Source: Christensenellaceae bacterium | Lineage (GTDB): Bacteria > Bacillota > Clostridia > Christensenellales > UBA1750 | DNA: 64,000 nucleotides | Direction: 5' to 3' | NCBI GenBank assembly: GCA_031280685.1 | Contig: JAITGM010000026.1 | Location: forward strand, 1,888-65,887 | Part shown: in pieces, positions 1 to 7,490 of the stretch | Layout: the number at the start of each line of letters is the position of its first letter | Numbering within the stretch: position 1 is the stretch's first letter | Made by a program: the position numbers and the translations under genes | Notes under the pieces: model-generated | Told to the model about the DNA's origin: nothing | Database searches by the model: none | What the model saw: the letters and a program-made list of their open reading frames with translations, nothing else

Positions 1-75
1 CATTTCGGACGCGACGACCTCGACCTGCCGTGGGAGCGGCTTGATATGGTGCAACGATTGCGGGATGAGCTGTAG
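1..75 (+). CDS. 3' end of an unidentified CDS entering from upstream of the window
   Basis: Open frame from base 1 (HFGRDDLDLPWERLDMVQRLRDEL) ending at TAG 73-75. Too short to classify. Confidence 0.3.
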   Translation, partial: HFGRDDLDLPWERLDMVQRLRDEL

Positions 76-152
76 TTTCGAATTGCCAGTAAACAAAAAA
101 ACAGGACGCATGGCATCCCGGCATGGTCTATGGCAAAATCATGCGGTCTGAT

Positions 153-467
153 TTATTTTCTGCCTCGCATCTCCTTAATCACACCCGCTATGCTGGCGAG
201 GGCTTCATCATCCAATGTTTTCAGGTCTGCGATGATGCTTTCCAGTTTGGCGGGGTTGGGATTTCCTGCATCATAGAACTCCTGCGGCGTGATACCGAGA
301 TATTCGCAAATATAGAAAAACGCCTGCATGGATGGCAACGTCTTTTTGTTTTCGATTCGGTTGATGTAGGAACTGTTTTGTCCAATGGACAGGGACATAT
401 CCCTCGCGGTCACGCCCTTTTGCGTGCGCAGCAGTGCAATGCGTTCTTGCGTAAATTCTTCGTACAT
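153..467 (-). CDS. XRE-family helix-turn-helix transcriptional regulator (104 aa)
   Basis: Only the C-terminal 104 codons of the 153..1331 ORF look real: MYEEFTQERIALLRTQKGVTARDMSLSIGQNSSYINRIENKK is a Cro/CI-type HTH. ATG at 465-467 is preceded by GGGAGGTG. Confidence 0.85.
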   Translation of the reverse strand: MYEEFTQERIALLRTQKGVTARDMSLSIGQNSSYINRIENKKTLPSMQAFFYICEYLGITPQEFYDAGNPNPAKLESIIADLKTLDDEALASIAGVIKEMRGRK

Positions 468-546
468 AGGCGGTACTTCACCTCCCTCTTGGAACATTAT
501 ATGTCGCACCGCTACGCATAATGGGATATGGAATGACGTGTTTGCG

Positions 547-575
547 TTGACTTGAGATATTGTATATCTTATAAT
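547..575 (+). promoter_or_regulatory. Sigma-70-type promoter, TTGACT-17 nt-TATAAT, facing the SLOG/topB genes
   Basis: TTGACT 547-552, 17-nt spacer, TATAAT 570-575. It lies in the divergent intergenic region between the XRE gene and the SLOG gene. Confidence 0.6.
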
Positions 576-617
576 CGAGAAAATAGGATTTATGAAACCA
601 TCGAAAGGAGCAATAGT

Positions 618-1121
618 GTGAGTGACACGACAAAAACAGCGGACACGCTTAAGGCAAAGACCTGCTGTGCAGCGGGCCATCACAACATTCCGGATTGTGA
701 TATTGAATATGTCAACGAGCAATTGCGCCGGGAGATCGGCAAAGCCATAGAGGACGGATACCAGTGCTTCCTGACCAATTTTGAGGATGGCGTCTGCCAG
801 CTTTTCGCGCGGGCGGTTGTGGAGAAGCAACACGAAAATGATACCATCCGGCTGGAGGCGGTCTTGCCCTACCATAGCCGCCACGATGAACTGATGGGCG
901 ATGAAGCGTGCAAGCCACTGCTGCTTTCCTGCGCGGATATCACATTCAGCGGCGAAAAGCCAACGGCACGCTCCGCTATCGAAAACCGGCGCGAACAGTT
1001 GCGGCGTTCCTCGCGCATGATTCTCGTATATGACGGGCGCGAGGGCGGCAGCACGTTCGAGGCGATCCGCATGGGCCATGACCAGAGAACACACATCCGG
1101 GAGATCCCGCTGGGGCTGTAG
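618..1121 (+). CDS. SLOG-fold DUF1273 (YpsA-like) protein
   Basis: GTG 618 lies 7 nt after AAAGGAG. TCCAAGHHNIP resembles the DUF1273 N-terminal motif (CCFTGHR type). Position upstream of topB is typical of clostridial conjugative elements. The alternative start is ATG 552. Confidence 0.6.
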   Translation: MSDTTKTADTLKAKTCCAAGHHNIPDCDIEYVNEQLRREIGKAIEDGYQCFLTNFEDGVCQLFARAVVEKQHENDTIRLEAVLPYHSRHDELMGDEACKPLLLSCADITFSGEKPTARSAIENRREQLRRSSRMILVYDGREGGSTFEAIRMGHDQRTHIREIPLGL

Positions 1122-1202
1122 GCAACAAACACATATAGTGAAAGAACGCGAAGGCGCACCGACGCCCTCGCGTTTTTTCATGCAATAAAGGAGGAGAATG
1201 TT

Positions 1203-3323
1203 TTGAGTAAATTGGTCATTTGTGAGAAACCGAGCGTTTCCCGCGCGCTGGCGGGCGTATTGGGCGCGACCGAGCGGCACGACGGATACTTTGAGGGTGG
1301 CGGGTATCTCGTATCCTGGTGCTATGGGCATCTGGTGGAACTGGCGCGCCCCGCCGCATACGGCGACCAGTACAAACGCTGGGCGTATGACACGCTGCCC
1401 ATTCTGCCTGATGAATGGCAGTACACGGCATCCAAGGATAAGAAAAGGCAGCTTGACACCCTACGTTCGTTGATGAAGCGGACTGATGTGGAGAGTGTCA
1501 TCAACGCCTGCGATGCCGGGCGCGAGGGCGAACTCATCTTCCGGCTGGTGTACGAATACTGCGGCTGCAAAAAGGCTGTACAGCGGCTTTGGATTTCCAG
1601 TATGGAGGATGCCGCCATTCGCGCCGGGTTTGATAATCTTGCGGATGGCACCGATTACGACAACCTCTATCATGCCGCCCTCTGCCGCACACAGGCCGAT
1701 TGGGTGATGGGCATCAACGGCACCAGGCTTTTTTCGATCCTGTACGGGACCACCCTCAACGTGGGGCGTGTCCAATCGCCCACGCTGGCGATGATCGTTT
1801 CTCGCGAGGCTGCCGCGCAGGGTTTCACGCCGGAGCCGTTCTACACCCCTGTTCTTGACGCGGGCGGGTTCACCGCCGCCGCGGAAAGGCGGAAAACGCC
1901 GGATGAAGCCGAGGGTGTTCGCGCTGCCTGCGACGGCATGGATGCATCCGTTCTGTCAGTAGAGTCAAAAGAAAAGACCGAGGCCCCGCCCAAGCTGTAC
2001 GACCTGACCACGCTTCAACGGGATGCCAACCGCTTGCTCGGCTATACCGCCCAGCAGACGCTCGATTACGCGCAGTCGTTGTATGAGAAAAAGCTAGCGA
2101 CCTACCCCCGCACGGATTCCCGCTACCTGACCGGCGATATGGCCGAGGGCCTGCCCGAACTCGTCAACCTCACCGTCATGCGGCTGCCCTTTGCGAAGGT
2201 ACCGGTTCCCGTCAATCCCGACCTGGTGGTGAATGACGCGAAGGTATCTGATCACCATGCCCTGCTGCCCACCAATACGGTGCGCGGCTTTGACCTGGAC
2301 ACGCTTCCCACCGGGGAGAGGAACATCCTTGTCATGCTGATCGTGCGCTTGGCCTGCGCCGTGGGAGAGGCGCACACCTTCGAGGCTGTCACGGCCATAC
2401 TGGAATGTGCTGGCCACCAGTTCACCGCGAAGGGCAAGTCGGTTGCGCAGGACGGCTGGAAGATGCTGGACGCCGCGTTCCGCGTCTGGCTGAAAAAAGG
2501 CGGATCGGTTGATGCCGCAGAGGATGATGCCGAGGACGACAAGGCTCTGCCGGAACTGCCCGAAGGCCAGGTGTTTTCTTCGGTTGAGGCATCCGTCCGT
2601 GAGGGCAAGACCAGCCCGCCCAAACGGTATACCGAAGACCTGTTGCTGGCCGCTATGGAGACGGCTGGAGTAGATGACATGCCCGAAGACGCCGAACGAA
2701 AAGGCTTGGGCACGCCCGCCACCCGCGCGGGCATCATTGAGAAGCTGGTAAGGACGGGTTTCGTGGAGCGCAAAAAGAAACTGCTCATCCCCACGGATAA
2801 GGGTACAAACCTCATCTCCGTACTGCCGGATGAAATCAAGTCGTCGCTGCTGACCGCCGATTGGGAGCAGAAACTCAAAGCGGTGGAGCACGGGGAGCTT
2901 GCCGGTTCCGCGTTCATGGAGGGCATCGCCGGGCTCGTACAGGGGCTTGTGGCGGCCCACACCGTGCCGCTGCCGCAGTATGCGTCGCTGTTCGCCGAGC
3001 GGCCTAAAGGCGATGTGGTGGGCAAATGCCCGCGCTGTGGCGCGGATGTGACCGAGAGCGCGAAGGGCTTTTTCTGCTCCAGCCGCGCCTGCAAATTCGC
3101 CCTGTGGAAGGACTCTCGGTTCTGGCAGACGAAGGAGAAAAAACTGGACAAAAAGATTGCCGCCGCGCTCCTTTCCGAGGGGCGCGTTTTCTTTTCTGAT
3201 TTGAAGAGCGGGCGCACCGGCAAGACCTATGCCGCCGCTGTTGTGCTTGGGGAGGACGATGGCGGCAGGGTGCAATTCAAACTGGATTTTGAACACAAAA
3301 ATATCGGGAGGAAAGCAGCATGA
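1203..3323 (+). CDS. topB: DNA topoisomerase III (type IA)
   Basis: Toprim N-terminus (LVICEKPSVSRALAGVLG), active-site Tyr motif ATYPRTDSRYLT, and C-terminal zinc ribbon (GKCPRCGADVTE...CSSRACKF). TTG start follows AGGAGG. Confidence 0.92.
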   Translation: MSKLVICEKPSVSRALAGVLGATERHDGYFEGGGYLVSWCYGHLVELARPAAYGDQYKRWAYDTLPILPDEWQYTASKDKKRQLDTLRSLMKRTDVESVINACDAGREGELIFRLVYEYCGCKKAVQRLWISSMEDAAIRAGFDNLADGTDYDNLYHAALCRTQADWVMGINGTRLFSILYGTTLNVGRVQSPTLAMIVSREAAAQGFTPEPFYTPVLDAGGFTAAAERRKTPDEAEGVRAACDGMDASVLSVESKEKTEAPPKLYDLTTLQRDANRLLGYTAQQTLDYAQSLYEKKLATYPRTDSRYLTGDMAEGLPELVNLTVMRLPFAKVPVPVNPDLVVNDAKVSDHHALLPTNTVRGFDLDTLPTGERNILVMLIVRLACAVGEAHTFEAVTAILECAGHQFTAKGKSVAQDGWKMLDAAFRVWLKKGGSVDAAEDDAEDDKALPELPEGQVFSSVEASVREGKTSPPKRYTEDLLLAAMETAGVDDMPEDAERKGLGTPATRAGIIEKLVRTGFVERKKKLLIPTDKGTNLISVLPDEIKSSLLTADWEQKLKAVEHGELAGSAFMEGIAGLVQGLVAAHTVPLPQYASLFAERPKGDVVGKCPRCGADVTESAKGFFCSSRACKFALWKDSRFWQTKEKKLDKKIAAALLSEGRVFFSDLKSGRTGKTYAAAVVLGEDDGGRVQFKLDFEHKNIGRKAA

Positions 3324-4657
3324 ATGAAAAAATGCCGTCAAGAGAGGCCGTTGCACGGCTCCGGGAACAGTACCCGGAAGGGGCGCGGGTGGAACTCGTA
3401 TCTATGAATGATCCATACTCTGCGCTTCGGCCCGGCGACAAGGGCCGGGTATCCCTGGTGGACGACACCGGCACCATTTTCGTGAATTGGGACAACGGTT
3501 CGGAGCTTGGCATCGTGTATGGCGTGGACAGTGTGAAGCTGTTGGAACACGAAAGGAATTATGAAACCGGCGCCGATTTCTGGCGCGACACCGCCGCGAA
3601 GTACAGTTTGGAGGAAGCTGTCGGCATCTGCGGCCGCTACCTCTCCATGCAGCTAAAAACGGACAGCGGCGAGGAGCGGCAGTTCTGCCGCGAGCTTTTC
3701 GTCGCCATGATGGAAGACACCCTGGGGCGCGTCGATCCTGATAAACTTATTTACCCGCTCGCGTTCGAGGACGCGGACAGGCGCAACGAGGTTTCCCTCT
3801 ATCAGGAGAACAGGGACCGCAACGCATATTGCGCCCAGGCCATTGACACAGAAATCAGCGCATCCTATTACGAGACCTACCATTACAATCTGGAACTCGC
3901 GGCAATGGCGGTGATACAGGAGTACGGTTTTGCCCGTGTCAATGCTGTACTGGCGCACAATTTACAGCAGCATGAATACGATGGCCGCTACTCCCGCGAT
4001 AACAAAGAATGGGCGGCAGGCTTAGACCTGCCGGAGGGGGCGTTCGATTACGCATACATGAAAGCGCATCCCATACTGCTGGAGGATTTCACCAAGCATG
4101 CTCGCAAACTGTATGAGGAATTGGGCGCCGAGCGGTTTGCGCTGCCCGGCCGCGAGGAAAGCGGAGAGGCCGTCCAGGGGTACCAGGTCATCCGTTCAAT
4201 CAGCTTTGACAACCGACGCGGGTTCGCCATCGGGCACAACCCGGACGCGGTAGAGCCGTTTGTGACGTGGCAGTTCACGGTGGATAACGGGGCGCGTGAT
4301 TTCTATTGGGGCAAGTACAGCAGTGATATTTCCGGCGCGGCTGATTACTACACCGCCCGCACCCTCTCGTATTTGAAGGACGAAAATGTGAAGGAGGTTG
4401 AAAATCCCCTCGCCGCCATGGAGATGTCCACCGAGCAAAACTACAACATGATAGACGGCCTGCGCAACAATATGGCGTCCCCAAAGGCCGACCTGACCGA
4501 TGGGCAGACGCACGATGAGGTTGCGGAGCTCGCCCCCGAAACCTTGCCTGATGAAAAGCAATCAGTGCTGGAGCAGATACGGGAAGCTCGGAAGAACCCC
4601 GCGCCGCCCTCGCCCAAAGCGGAACTGGATAGAAGCGCGCCGGAACTGGAACTGTGA
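3320..4657 (+). CDS. DUF4314/DUF3849-type conjugative-element protein (YodL-like)
   Basis: N-terminus EGARVELVSMNDPYSALRPGDKGRVSLVDDTGTIFVNWDNGSELGIVYGVD matches the DUF4314 pattern. The start overlaps the topB stop (ATGA). Confidence 0.6.
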   Translation: MNEKMPSREAVARLREQYPEGARVELVSMNDPYSALRPGDKGRVSLVDDTGTIFVNWDNGSELGIVYGVDSVKLLEHERNYETGADFWRDTAAKYSLEEAVGICGRYLSMQLKTDSGEERQFCRELFVAMMEDTLGRVDPDKLIYPLAFEDADRRNEVSLYQENRDRNAYCAQAIDTEISASYYETYHYNLELAAMAVIQEYGFARVNAVLAHNLQQHEYDGRYSRDNKEWAAGLDLPEGAFDYAYMKAHPILLEDFTKHARKLYEELGAERFALPGREESGEAVQGYQVIRSISFDNRRGFAIGHNPDAVEPFVTWQFTVDNGARDFYWGKYSSDISGAADYYTARTLSYLKDENVKEVENPLAAMEMSTEQNYNMIDGLRNNMASPKADLTDGQTHDEVAELAPETLPDEKQSVLEQIREARKNPAPPSPKAELDRSAPELEL

Positions 4658-5004
4658 GAGGTGAAAAAAAGAGCCGGCAGCGTCCTATCCAACTTGCGCT
4701 TTGGGCCAACGAGGAGGAGGCTGCGCTGATCCGTGAACGAATGAAGGCTTCGGGCATCCGCAACTTTTCCGCTTTCGCCCGTAAGATGCTGATCGATGGT
4801 TACCATATCAACCTCGACCTGTCTGATGTGCGGGAGATGGTGGTACTCCTGCGCCGTTGCTCCACTAATGTCAACCAGATTGCCAAGCGCGCCAACGAGA
4901 CGCGCAACATCTATGCCGAAGACCTTGCGGACCTGCGCCGCCAGTATGATTCACTGTGGGTGCAGACAAATAAAATCCTTACGGGGCTTGCGAAAATAAA
5001 GTAA
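4654..5004 (+). CDS. mobC: MobC-family relaxosome accessory protein
   Basis: LRRCSTNVNQIAKRAN matches the MobC motif (xGxNxNQIAxxxN). GTG start overlaps the preceding stop. It lies upstream of the relaxase. Confidence 0.8.
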   Translation: MRGEKKSRQRPIQLALWANEEEAALIRERMKASGIRNFSAFARKMLIDGYHINLDLSDVREMVVLLRRCSTNVNQIAKRANETRNIYAEDLADLRRQYDSLWVQTNKILTGLAKIK

Positions 5005-5076
5005 CACAAAGACGCCAAAGGGCCTTGTAATCAAGGCACACAAGAGTTAACATCACAACAACAAGGAGGTGCTTTC

Positions 5077-5352
5077 ATGGCAAAGGATAAAGTCAAAAAA
5101 TATGCTGTCTGTTCCGATTGCGGCAGGGAGATGTCGCCGGGGACCGGCTGCGGTTGCTCACACATTTCGATCAACGGAAAAACATACGAGCGGATTCGGG
5201 CTGGCGATGACCGGGACTTCGACCAGAACATGGAGCCCGGCGATGTGTGCCATGATTGCAACGCAGGTCTTGGCCAGTATCATCACAGTGGTTGCGATGC
5301 CGAGCGTTGCCCGGCCTGCGCAGGACAGCTTCTATCCTGCGATTGCGAATAA
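5077..5352 (+). CDS. Small cysteine-rich protein (Cys-rich VLP-like), 91 aa
   Basis: AAGGAGGTG RBS. Multiple CxxC/CxC pairs (CSDCG, GCGC, CHDC, CPAC, CDC). This position next to the relaxase is typical of Firmicutes mobilisable elements. Confidence 0.65.
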   Translation: MAKDKVKKYAVCSDCGREMSPGTGCGCSHISINGKTYERIRAGDDRDFDQNMEPGDVCHDCNAGLGQYHHSGCDAERCPACAGQLLSCDCE

Positions 5353-5380
5353 CCGCCATCGATACAGAGGAGGTGCGGAC

Positions 5381-5671
5381 ATGAGAATACTATTGAAAAT
5401 ACTGGCGGCGCCCATCATGCTTCTGCTGACGATCATCGTTGCGTTCTGCACGTTCATCATTTCAGTGACAGGGGTTATCTTCTGGATTCTGTCGGTGCTT
5501 GTGTTCGTGGGCGCGGCGCTGCTGTTCTTCTCGCAGCAGATGGCGGGCGGGATCGCGTTCCTGGTGATCGCGTTCATGGTCAGCCCCTATGGGCTTCCGG
5601 CTCTCGCCGCATGGCTCATTGGCATGCTGGACAACGCAAAATATTCCCTGCGGGAGTTTTTGATGAATTAG
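5381..5671 (+). CDS. Small integral membrane protein (about 3 TM segments)
   Basis: ATG 5381 follows AGAGGAGGTG. Hydrophobic sequence MRILLKILAAPIMLLLTIIVAFCTFIISVTGVIFWILSVLVFVGAALLFF. Confidence 0.65.
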   Translation: MRILLKILAAPIMLLLTIIVAFCTFIISVTGVIFWILSVLVFVGAALLFFSQQMAGGIAFLVIAFMVSPYGLPALAAWLIGMLDNAKYSLREFLMN

Positions 5672-5694
5672 TGGTTGGTCGCTTGCACACAGAG

Positions 5695-5719
5695 GGACTC
5701 CATCGCCGTGATGGAGTCC
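5695..5719 (+). repeat. Perfect 10-bp inverted repeat (GGACTCCATC-5 nt-GATGGAGTCC) just upstream of the relaxase gene; terminator or oriT candidate
   Basis: Arms at 5695-5704 and 5710-5719, followed by a T-rich tract. It lies 35 nt before the relaxase start. Confidence 0.5.
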
Positions 5720-5753
5720 AATTCTTTTCTCTGGCGATGAGGAGGTGAAGCCA

Positions 5754-7181
5754 GTGGCGACCACTCACATCACGCCCATACACACCGGCAAGGGGCGCAG
5801 CGTGGCGAAGGCGCTCCGCGATGTGGCCGACTACATGAAGAACCCGCTCAAAACAGAAGACGGCGAACTGATTTCTTCATTTGAATGCGCGCCGGAAAGT
5901 GCCGACACTGAATTCCTATTAACAAAGAGCCGGTACGCATCTCTCACCGGGCGGGATCAGGGTGGGCATGATGTCATCGCCTATCACACCCGCCAGAGTT
6001 TTCTGCCCGGCGAGATCACGCCGGAGGAAGCAAACGCAATCGGGTACGAACTGGCGATGCGCTTCACAAAGGGCCGCTACGCTTTTCTTGTTTGCACTCA
6101 TACGGACAGGTCGCATATCCATAACCATGTGGTTTGGAACTCCACCAGCCTTGACAGCCGGCGGAAGTTTCGGAACTTCATCGGCTCGGCCTTCGCGCTG
6201 CGCCGGGTGAGCGACCACCTCTGTGTAGAGCATGGCTATTCAATCATACAAAACCCGAAGCCCAGCCGGGGTAAAAACTACGCCCGGCACATGTTCCCCG
6301 ATGGCAAACCGCCGTCACATAAGGACGAGCTTCGTGCTGCCATCGACGCCGCGCTCGATAAAAGCCCCGCGACCTTTGATGACTTCATTGCGCTCATGCG
6401 CGCGGCGGGATACACGATAAACACCGCGCGGAAGCACACGACTTTTTTCGCGCCTGGGTGGAAGCAGCCTGCGCGGATGAATACCCTTCGCGGGGATCAC
6501 ACCGAGCAAGCCGTTCGGGAACGCATCGCGGGGACCCGCATTGTTTCTTCTGGCGGTAGAAGTTCGGAGGCCGTGATAGCTGCGCGCCGTCCCAGTCTGC
6601 TCATAGATATCCAGTCCATCATTGCGCAGCGCAAGGGCGCCGGGTATGAACGCTGGGCGAAGATTTTTAATCTCAAACAGGCCGCACAAACGCTCATCTA
6701 TCTTCAGGAGCATGGGCTTGACAGCTACGATGCCCTGCGTGAAAAAACAGCGGCGGCCACCGCCCGCCACAATGAAATATCTGAAAAGGTGAAGAGCCTG
6801 GAGGCCGAACTAAAAGCCAACGGCGAACTGCAAAAGCATATCGTCAACTATTCCAAGACGTGGGATACCTATGCCGCCTACCGTAAGTCCGGCCGCTCGG
6901 ATGCATTCCGGGCACAGCATGAGACTGATATTCTTTTGCATGAGGCCGCCAAGAACGCCTTTGACGATTTGGGGTATGGCAGGCATAACAAGCTGCCCAC
7001 CGTGAAAACATTGCGCGCGGCGTATGCTCCCGCCCTGGAGGAAAAGAAAAAAGCCAACGCCGAGTATCGTCAGGCGAAGGCTGAAATGCGTGAGCTTCTG
7101 TTGGTGAAGGAGAACGTGGACCGGTTGCTTGGAACGGCAGTGCGCGTTCAGGAGCGCGAACAAGAACGGTCCGACCTGTAA
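5754..7181 (+). CDS. Relaxase/mobilisation nuclease (MobA/VirD2 family)
   Basis: Histidine triad HTDRSHIHNHVVW. N-terminus VATTHITPIH. GTG 5754 lies 6 nt after GAGGAGGTG (the ORF track starts at 5745). C-terminus is coiled-coil-like. Confidence 0.9.
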   Translation: MATTHITPIHTGKGRSVAKALRDVADYMKNPLKTEDGELISSFECAPESADTEFLLTKSRYASLTGRDQGGHDVIAYHTRQSFLPGEITPEEANAIGYELAMRFTKGRYAFLVCTHTDRSHIHNHVVWNSTSLDSRRKFRNFIGSAFALRRVSDHLCVEHGYSIIQNPKPSRGKNYARHMFPDGKPPSHKDELRAAIDAALDKSPATFDDFIALMRAAGYTINTARKHTTFFAPGWKQPARMNTLRGDHTEQAVRERIAGTRIVSSGGRSSEAVIAARRPSLLIDIQSIIAQRKGAGYERWAKIFNLKQAAQTLIYLQEHGLDSYDALREKTAAATARHNEISEKVKSLEAELKANGELQKHIVNYSKTWDTYAAYRKSGRSDAFRAQHETDILLHEAAKNAFDDLGYGRHNKLPTVKTLRAAYAPALEEKKKANAEYRQAKAEMRELLLVKENVDRLLGTAVRVQEREQERSDL

Positions 7182-7280
7182 CCCTGGGTACGAAAAAATA
7201 GCGGCCCGCAAGGGCTGCGCAGCCGTCCCCGCAACGCGGGGGCGATCCACGGGGTATGGGGCAGGCGCCCCATCAAGCGT

Positions 7281-7300
7281 GCTGGTGGTTAACCACCAGC
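7281..7300. repeat. 20-bp perfect palindrome GCTGGTGGTTAACCACCAGC at the relaxase/cargo junction
   Basis: Read directly; 7281-7290 is the reverse complement of 7291-7300. GC-rich hairpins lie just before it (for example CCCCGCAACGCGGGG). Confidence 0.7.
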
Positions 7301-7490
7301 CTTGCTTGCCAACCGTGGAATACTCCCGTAGAGAATCAAATATTTTTGACTCCATTTCGCTGAAAATTACAATATCATGGTGAATATTGATAGATTGGCC
7401 ATGAGGCTACTGGTAAAATGAAAGCAACATAAGGTTGTGCCCCCGTTGCGTTTAGAAAAACATTCCAAAAATTCAGAGAGGAGAATCGTC

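Noticed and set aside
153-1331. 392-aa minus-strand ORF spanning the XRE gene, the divergent promoter and the antisense of the SLOG gene
   Set aside because: Only the last 104 codons look like a protein (XRE HTH) and have an RBS. The upstream part runs antisense to a better-supported gene and through a consensus promoter.
2094-3356. Long antisense ORFs inside GC-rich genes (for example 2094..3356, 15769..16782, 18509..19375, 25248..25919, 57800..59065, 40535..41464, all minus strand)
   Set aside because: Each lies opposite a gene with clear family motifs, lacks an RBS, and has Arg/Gly/His-rich composition typical of antisense frames in GC-rich DNA.
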